Source: Tubiluchus corallicola (lineage: Eukaryota > Animalia > Priapulida). Taken from it: a stretch of 5,078 nucleotides of DNA. The DNA is taken from NCBI GenBank assembly GCA_030141605.1, contig JAQGDQ010002534.1:1-5078 (forward strand), given 5' to 3'. A program made the translations under genes and the position numbers. Positions 1 through 5,078 of the stretch are shown piece by piece; within the stretch, counting starts at the first letter, position 1; each line of letters starts with the position of its first letter. The notes beneath the pieces are model-generated. The model was given only the letters and a program-made list of their open reading frames with translations, was not told the origin of the DNA and made no database searches.

Positions 1-34
1 TAGCAATACGTAACTGAACGAAGTACAATGGCAT

Positions 35-127
35 TTTGAGGTACATCGGATCATAAAGTAATGTTATGTATCAGTACAATAAAGACCCTGTTATTTTAGA
101 AAAACTAATGACTTTGGTAAGCGAATT
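35..127 (+). pseudogene. Frameshifted upstream portion of the same GH47 gene (sequence error or genuine decay)
   Basis: Frame 2 at 35 gives FEV.R (resembles the GH47 FE.xIR motif). Frame 3 from 66 gives MYQYNKDPVILEK. Frame 2 from 104 gives TNDFGKRI. Frame 1 from 127 gives LPAF. Adding one base at the A5 run (100-104) and one T to the T3 run (126-128) joins these into MYQYNKDPVILEKTNDFGKRILPAF, a typical GH47 segment. Confidence 0.6.
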
Positions 128-1080
128 TACCTGCCTTCGACACTCCAACAGGTATACCCACTTACTGGGTCAATCTAAAAACGGGTGAAACAAAAGGAGA
201 TACTGTAAATTTAGCCGAGGCAGCTTCTTATGTGGTGGAATTTGGTATGTTAAGCTATTACACCAAAGACCCTATATTTTACCAAGCTGCCAGAAAAGCG
301 ACTCTTGCTTGCTTTGAAAGACGCTCTAAACTGAACCTCTTGGGAGACAATATTGATGTCAAAACAGGCAAATGGGTGTCTGAGAACAGTCATATTGAAG
401 CAGGAGCAGACTCCTATTACGAAGGACTTTATAAAGCCTATGCTCTCTTTAATGATGAAGAAATGAAAAGTATTTGGAATACTTGTGTAAAGGCAATACA
501 TAAGTATGTTGCCGAAGAATACGATAATCAAGTATGGTATAGCATTGTAAATATGCATACAGGTAAACGCAGCTTAAGGAGTGTAACCTTGTACGATGCT
601 TTTTTCCCTGCCTTACTCGCTCTTTCGGGAGATATAAAACGTGCAGGGGAGTTACAAACAACGTGGGACAATCTTTGGAATAAGTATGGATTGAAACCTA
701 TGATATACAACTACCAAGAGGAAAAACCAACTTATCCTGTGTATGAGCTTAACCCTGAAATCATTGAGTCTGCTTACTACTTGTACCATTATACGAAGGA
801 TGAAAAATATCTAAATATGGCGAAAAAGTATTATGCCGATACGAAAAAGTACTGTAGAAATGAAGTGGCCTTTGCATCAGTAGAAGATGTAGAAACTAAA
901 GAAAAAAGGGATTATATGCCTACCTTCTTCTTTGCCGAAACTATGAAGTATTATTACCTTATTTTTTCATCACCTGATGTATTCGATTTTGACGGTCATA
1001 TATTTAATACCGAAGCTCATCCATATTCTATTCATCAGCTGGACAAAATGGAGATAAAAAAGAGGCTGGGAATTGAATAA
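121..1080 (+). CDS. Glycoside hydrolase family 47 (class I alpha-1,2-mannosidase-like), 5'-incomplete; true start lies upstream, probably outside the window
   Basis: Frame 1 is open from 121 (after TAA 118-120) to TAA 1078-1080. It reads ANLPAFDTPTGIPTYWVNLKTG...AEAASYVVEFGMLS, so the ORF-track GTG at 232 is internal. GH47 motifs are present in order: LPAFDTPTGIP, GADSYYE, YELNPEIIESAYYLY, FFFAETMKYYYLIF and the C-terminal IFNTEAHP (Ca2+-binding Thr region). Confidence 0.9.
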   Translation, partial: ANLPAFDTPTGIPTYWVNLKTGETKGDTVNLAEAASYVVEFGMLSYYTKDPIFYQAARKATLACFERRSKLNLLGDNIDVKTGKWVSENSHIEAGADSYYEGLYKAYALFNDEEMKSIWNTCVKAIHKYVAEEYDNQVWYSIVNMHTGKRSLRSVTLYDAFFPALLALSGDIKRAGELQTTWDNLWNKYGLKPMIYNYQEEKPTYPVYELNPEIIESAYYLYHYTKDEKYLNMAKKYYADTKKYCRNEVAFASVEDVETKEKRDYMPTFFFAETMKYYYLIFSSPDVFDFDGHIFNTEAHPYSIHQLDKMEIKKRLGIE

Positions 1081-1110
1081 GGGCTTAACGTTTTTTCTTA
1101 ATTTTTGTAT

Positions 1111-1144
1111 CATTTCGTCTTGCATTTCTGTACATTTCGTTTTG
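1111..1144. repeat. Imperfect direct repeat CATTTCGT(C/T)TTG x2 at 22-bp period with a third CATTTC core between
   Basis: CATTTCGTCTTG (1111-1122), CATTTCTGTA (1123-1132), CATTTCGTTTTG (1133-1144). The outer copies match at 11 of 12 positions. Confidence 0.6.
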
Positions 1145-1361
1145 ACGGTTATACAAGTAATACATTGTTTCTTTCGTAAAAAAAATACAAGAAAAAATCT
1201 GGTTTCCACAAAGGCTTTGAAAAAATAATGAAAAAGGATGTAGAAAATTAGAAATTTGATATATTTGAGCGCTTAATTAGCAGAACCATTAGAAATATAT
1301 TAGATAACTTAGGATAACTCTAATAAATAATACTTTTGATTTCTGAAAAAGAAACTTGGTA

Positions 1362-1369
1362 TAAGTTTG
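1362..1369 (+). promoter_or_regulatory. Candidate Bacteroidota primary-sigma -7 box (TAnnTTTG) for the permease gene
   Basis: TAAGTTTG at 1362-1369, followed by C, lies 42 nt before the GTG at 1412. A TTTG lies at 1335-1338 (23-nt spacer, slightly longer than the usual 19-21). Other matches occur at 1331-1338 (TACTTTTG) and 1260-1267 (TATATTTG), so the active box is uncertain. Confidence 0.5.
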
Positions 1370-1411
1370 CATATAGTTGCCTATTAAAATTAAGATTTCA
1401 ATACAAAAAGA

Positions 1412-2494
1412 GTGAAAAAGATTGATTTATACATCATAAAAAAGTTCTTGATTACCTACTTCTTTTCTATTTTATTAATTGTTAGTATCTCTGTTATTTT
1501 TGATATAACAGAAAAAATTGATGATTTTGTAGAAAAAGATGCTCCATTAAAAGCTATTGTCTTTGACTATTATCTGAACTTTATTCCTTATTTTGCTAAT
1601 CTATTTAGTGCGCTATTTGTCTTTATTTCAGTGGTGTTTTTCACGTCTAAGATGGCTTCTCAAACAGAAATAGTGGCAATACTTAGTGGAGGCGTGAGTT
1701 TCAATAGACTATTAGTTCCATATATGATTTCAGCATTTATCATTTCTGCTTTCTCTTTTGTTCTTACAGGCTATGTTATTCCTCCTGCCAATAAAAAAAG
1801 AATTGATTTTGAATATAAATACATTAAGAGCGAGGAAAAGAACCTAAACAAAAACATACATATGCAAATTGAGCCAAATCTTATAGCTTATGTTCAACGG
1901 TTTGATTTACGCACTAGTACTGGACATCAATTTACTTTAGAAAAATTTGATGAAAATAAAAATCTGATTTCTAAACTTAGCTCTAAACTATGCAGGTGGG
2001 ATAGTACTATCGGAAAATGGCACATACACAATTATTTTATTAGAGAGTTTGAAAACAACGAAGAAGTCGCTATCTTAGAAGGCACTAAACTAGATACCTC
2101 TCTTGCTCTACTTCCTAAGGACTTTTCCACAAAATTACAGTTCATAGAGGCACTTAATAATAATGAGCTAAACGACTATATAGTAGAACACAGATTGCGC
2201 GGTACAGAAAACTTGCTATCCTTATTGGTGGAAAGACATAAACGCTATGCAATGCCTTTTGCAACTTTTATATTAACTGTTATTGGGCTGTCGCTTGCCA
2301 GCAGAAAAGTAAGAGGTGGCATCGGGCTTCATATAGGTATAGGTATTTCTTTAAGTTTTGGATTTATCCTATTTCAACAAGTTTCTACTATGTTTGCTAT
2401 TAAAGGAACTGCTTCTCCATTTATTGCAGTATGGATTCCTAATTTTATTTTCCTCATCGTCAGTATCTTTTTGTATAGAGCAGCCCCCAAGTAA
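1412..2494 (+). CDS. lptG: LptF/LptG (YjgP/YjgQ) family LPS export ABC transporter permease, LptG-like
   Basis: 360 aa with GTG start and an A-rich leader. N-terminus is KKIDLYIIKKFL, followed by three hydrophobic segments, the motif SKMASQTEIVAILSGGVSFNRLLVPY, a hydrophilic periplasmic domain, three C-terminal TM segments and a WIPNFIF end motif. The family call is firm; F versus G is less certain. Confidence 0.9.
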   Translation: MKKIDLYIIKKFLITYFFSILLIVSISVIFDITEKIDDFVEKDAPLKAIVFDYYLNFIPYFANLFSALFVFISVVFFTSKMASQTEIVAILSGGVSFNRLLVPYMISAFIISAFSFVLTGYVIPPANKKRIDFEYKYIKSEEKNLNKNIHMQIEPNLIAYVQRFDLRTSTGHQFTLEKFDENKNLISKLSSKLCRWDSTIGKWHIHNYFIREFENNEEVAILEGTKLDTSLALLPKDFSTKLQFIEALNNNELNDYIVEHRLRGTENLLSLLVERHKRYAMPFATFILTVIGLSLASRKVRGGIGLHIGIGISLSFGFILFQQVSTMFAIKGTASPFIAVWIPNFIFLIVSIFLYRAAPK

Positions 2495-2499
2495 CAATT

Positions 2500-3735
2500 T
2501 TAGTTTTTCTGACTCACTGAAAGAGTAGTTGACTTTCCTTGAACTTGCCGTTGTATTATTTCTAAACAAGCACGAGAATTGTGGTAAGGGCATTTCCAAA
2601 AACCCACTTTATCTTCTGATAAGATAGGTTTATTGTTGCTATCTAACCTAAAATACCATTCTCCATATTTTTTATCTATAATGTTGCTTTTCGTGTATTT
2701 CCATATATCAACTGCTTTTTGCAGATAAGTTTTGTTACCTGTTATTTGGAAGGTATTAAAAAAACCAACAATAGCTTCCGCTTGTACCCACCAGTGTCGG
2801 TCTTTATCAACTTTCTCATCGTGTTTTTCATATATAACAGAATTATCCTTACCTATCCCTTCTGCAAGGGTTGTTTTTGCTACTGCCAGCATTTCTCTTT
2901 CTACATTCTGCAATAGTTCTTTGTCTTGTAAAGTTTTTGCGGCTTCATAAAGCAGCCAGGTACTTTCTATATCGTGTCCATAGGAGATTAACGATGATTT
3001 TGACTGCCATTTTTCGTTAAAGAAAAGGTGAAAATGATAGTTTGACTTATCTAAAAATTTTGTAAGGAACAAGTTTGTTAAGTTATGTAGCTTTGTATAC
3101 AAAGTCTTATCTTCCCACACTTTAAGTAGATTGGTGTATGCTTCTAAAATATGCAAATGAGTGTTCATTGTCTTTTTTTCATTAGCATCTTTATCACTCA
3201 ATCGCAAATCTTCTATGATAGTCCATTCCCTACTAAATGCTTCCAAATAGCCATTAAAATCATTATCAAAACTATGCTTTTCTATATCTTTAAATAACTC
3301 AATAGCAAATTGTAGAGCTTTCTTGTTTTTTGAAATTTTGTAAAATTCAGAAAACCCATAAATAACAAAAGCCTGTGCATAGATTTGCTTTTTGGCATCT
3401 TTTATATTTCCCTTGTAATCTACTTCCCAGAAAAAACCTTTATACTTAGTATCATAAAAATATTTGATGATGTAGTCATATGCTCTTTGTGCAGCATTCA
3501 AATACCTTTCATCTTTACGACAATTGTTATACGCAGCTGAGAATGTCCATAATATTCTTGCATTCAAAATAAGCCCTTTGTTAGCTTTATGGTTGACGTT
3601 GTTTTTATTATCTATCTGCCCTACAAAACCTGTATTTTGTTCATCTATGCTGTTTTCTATCCAATAATTTAGAATATTATCCAGCTCTTCACTTAATTCT
3701 TCTTGTAATTTTTCTAATGTTTTCAATGTGCTCAT
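2500..3735 (-). CDS. Cellobiose/mannobiose 2-epimerase (N-acylglucosamine 2-epimerase, AGE, superfamily)
   Basis: Motifs GLILNARILWTFS, KKQIYAQAF, KTMNTHLHILEAY, SYGHDIE, WWVQAE and GFWKCPYHNSR are present, including the catalytic His positions. The ATG at 3735 is preferred over the ORF-track TTG at 3741. It lies directly downstream of the mannosylglucose phosphorylase. Confidence 0.93.
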   Translation of the reverse strand: MSTLKTLEKLQEELSEELDNILNYWIENSIDEQNTGFVGQIDNKNNVNHKANKGLILNARILWTFSAAYNNCRKDERYLNAAQRAYDYIIKYFYDTKYKGFFWEVDYKGNIKDAKKQIYAQAFVIYGFSEFYKISKNKKALQFAIELFKDIEKHSFDNDFNGYLEAFSREWTIIEDLRLSDKDANEKKTMNTHLHILEAYTNLLKVWEDKTLYTKLHNLTNLFLTKFLDKSNYHFHLFFNEKWQSKSSLISYGHDIESTWLLYEAAKTLQDKELLQNVEREMLAVAKTTLAEGIGKDNSVIYEKHDEKVDKDRHWWVQAEAIVGFFNTFQITGNKTYLQKAVDIWKYTKSNIIDKKYGEWYFRLDSNNKPILSEDKVGFWKCPYHNSRACLEIIQRQVQGKSTTLSVSQKN

Positions 3736-3770
3736 TTGCAAATATCTTGGTTTAAATTTCAGTAGGGAAC

Positions 3771-3805
3771 AATATCCTTTTTTAAGCTAGTATCTTTTTT
3801 TTAGC
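3771..3805. repeat. Imperfect 17-bp tandem direct repeat between mgp and the epimerase
   Basis: AATATCCTTTTTTAAGC (3771-3787) and AGTATCTTTTTTTTAGC (3789-3805), 14 of 17 identical, 18-bp period. Confidence 0.5.
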
Positions 3806-3850
3806 ATTTAATAATTACCTACTTACTCTCAACTTCCTATACATCTTTGT

Positions 3851-5032
3851 TTACCATACAAGCTCAATATTATTCTCTTTCATATATTTAAGATTATTCT
3901 CAACAATATTGTTTAATACTCCTACACTTTTCGCACTTCTTTTTCCATCAGTATAAGTGTTCTTGCAATAATCAACAAGCCTATCAATAGTAGTTGTGGC
4001 TACGTGCATCCTTGTATCAGAAGAAGCGTAATAAATAAATATTTTTCCATCTTCATCAACAATCCAGCCATTAGAGAATAATACATTAGACACATCTCCT
4101 ACCCTTTCGCTCCCTGTTGGTGCTATTAAATAGCCGGCAGGTTGATAAATTACCTTCTCCAAATTGTTTAAATCCGTCATAAAAACATACAACACATAAC
4201 GCAAACCTGCTGCTGTATTCCTAACTCCGTGAGCCAAATGCAACCAACCTTCTTTTGTCTTGATAGGGGCAGGTCCAAGACCATTTTTCACTTCTTTGAT
4301 TGTATGATATTCTTTACCGTCTACTAAGACCTCTTCTTTTACCTCTGCCTTTTCCATACTATCAGTATACCCCAAAGCTATTCCTCCTCCTTTCCCAGTA
4401 TCGATAAACCCATCTTGTGGACGTGTATAAAGGGCATATTTACCATTAACAAATTCAGGGTGTAAAACTACATTTCGCTGTTGTCCCGAATGAGATATAA
4501 GGTCAGGCAAACGTTCCCAGTCTATTAAGTTTTTTGTACGAGCAATTCCACAGTTAGCAATAGCAGAAGAAGTATCATAAGAAGGGACATTTTCATCTTT
4601 TTTCTCCGTGCAGAATAGTCCATATATCCATCCATCTTCGTGTTTTATTAAACGCATATCATAAACATTTACATCTGGGCTTTCAGTCTTAGGCATAGTT
4701 ATTGGGTACTTCCAAAACTGAAAATTATCAACTCCTGTTTTACTTTCAGCTATGGCAAAAAATGATTTTCTATCTCCTGCTTCTACCCTAACAACAAGCA
4801 AATACTTGTTATCCTTCTTTATAGCCCCTGCATTGAATGTTGCATTTATTTTAAACCTTTCATTTAAATAAGGATTTGTCTCGGGGTTGAGGTCATACCT
4901 CCAAAAAAGAGGGGTGTGTTTTGCTGTAAGAATAGGATTTTCATACCTATCTACAATATCGTTATTGTCTATTCTATTATTCTTCTTTTCCAAAAGATTT
5001 TTGTGTACTTTTACAAGTTCTTGTAAATTCAT
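3851..5032 (-). CDS. mgp: 4-O-beta-D-mannosyl-D-glucose phosphorylase (GH130 subfamily 1)
   Basis: 393 aa, closely resembling Bacteroides fragilis MGP as I recall it: HTPLFWRYDLN, RVE..DRKSFFA, NVYDMRL (catalytic Asp), QQRNVVLHPE, YTRPQDGFID, YHTIKEVKNG, HLAHGVR, GDVSNVLFSNG, YYASSDTRMH. No signal peptide is evident. Confidence 0.95.
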   Translation of the reverse strand: MNLQELVKVHKNLLEKKNNRIDNNDIVDRYENPILTAKHTPLFWRYDLNPETNPYLNERFKINATFNAGAIKKDNKYLLVVRVEAGDRKSFFAIAESKTGVDNFQFWKYPITMPKTESPDVNVYDMRLIKHEDGWIYGLFCTEKKDENVPSYDTSSAIANCGIARTKNLIDWERLPDLISHSGQQRNVVLHPEFVNGKYALYTRPQDGFIDTGKGGGIALGYTDSMEKAEVKEEVLVDGKEYHTIKEVKNGLGPAPIKTKEGWLHLAHGVRNTAAGLRYVLYVFMTDLNNLEKVIYQPAGYLIAPTGSERVGDVSNVLFSNGWIVDEDGKIFIYYASSDTRMHVATTTIDRLVDYCKNTYTDGKRSAKSVGVLNNIVENNLKYMKENNIELVW

Positions 5033-5078
5033 TTTATAATATTTCCATTTAAAGATTCTACTTCTACTAATTTCAAAC
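5029..5078 (-). CDS. Possible 3' end of an upstream gene translationally coupled to mgp
   Basis: The minus-strand frame from 5076 reads LKLVEVESLNGNIIK* and its TGA (5031-5029) overlaps the mgp ATG (5032-5030) as ATGA. Only 15 codons are visible, so this could be chance. Confidence 0.3.
   Translation of the reverse strand, partial: LKLVEVESLNGNIIK

Noticed and set aside
232-234. GTG as the start of the GH47 gene
   Set aside because: The frame is open and GH47-like from 121, so this is an internal Val codon.
250-710. Minus-strand ORFs 250-558, 449-661 and 528-710
   Set aside because: Short antisense shadows inside the well-supported GH47 gene, with no recognisable motifs.
970-1209. 79-aa minus-strand ORF
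   Set aside because: Overlaps the conserved GH47 C-terminus antisense, starts at GTG in low-complexity intergenic DNA, and resembles no family I recognise.
1209-1219. Inverted repeat CAAAG-G-CTTTG as a terminator
   Set aside because: A 5-bp stem with a 1-nt loop cannot form a stable hairpin and is expected by chance in AT-rich DNA.
1081-1411. Intergenic repeats as a CRISPR array, tRNA or riboswitch
   Set aside because: The repeats are too short and lack unique spacers, and no cloverleaf or conserved structured-RNA motif is visible.
2369-2599. 76-aa minus-strand ORF across the convergent junction
   Set aside because: Overlaps both real genes (alternate frame of the epimerase, antisense to the permease) and has no protein-like features.
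2719-2950. Plus-strand ORFs 2719-2916 and 2732-2950
   Set aside because: Antisense shadows of the epimerase.
3761-3823. AGTAGG...CCTACT inverted pair in the mgp-epimerase spacer
   Set aside because: Only 6 bp and about 50 nt apart, too weak to call a terminator or mobile-element end.

Overview
AT-rich bacterial DNA, very probably Bacteroidota, judged from the protein families and TAnnTTTG promoter boxes. There are four real genes. On the + strand: (1) a 5'-incomplete GH47 (class I alpha-1,2-mannosidase family) gene whose frame is open from 121 to 1080 and whose upstream part (35-127) is recognisable but broken by single-base deletions in homopolymers; (2) a stand-alone LptF/LptG-family LPS export permease (1412-2494). 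On the - strand, converging on the permease: (3) a GH130 4-O-beta-D-mannosyl-D-glucose phosphorylase (5032-3851) and (4) a cellobiose/mannobiose 2-epimerase (about 3735-2500). Genes 3 and 4 are the known cytoplasmic core of beta-mannan catabolism. No RNA genes, mobile elements or CRISPR arrays are visible. I cannot support a wholly new system. The points worth checking are the frameshifted GH47 5' end, its LRPE->LNPE active-site variant, the alpha- and beta-mannose enzymes flanking an LPS permease, and three short intergenic direct repeats.
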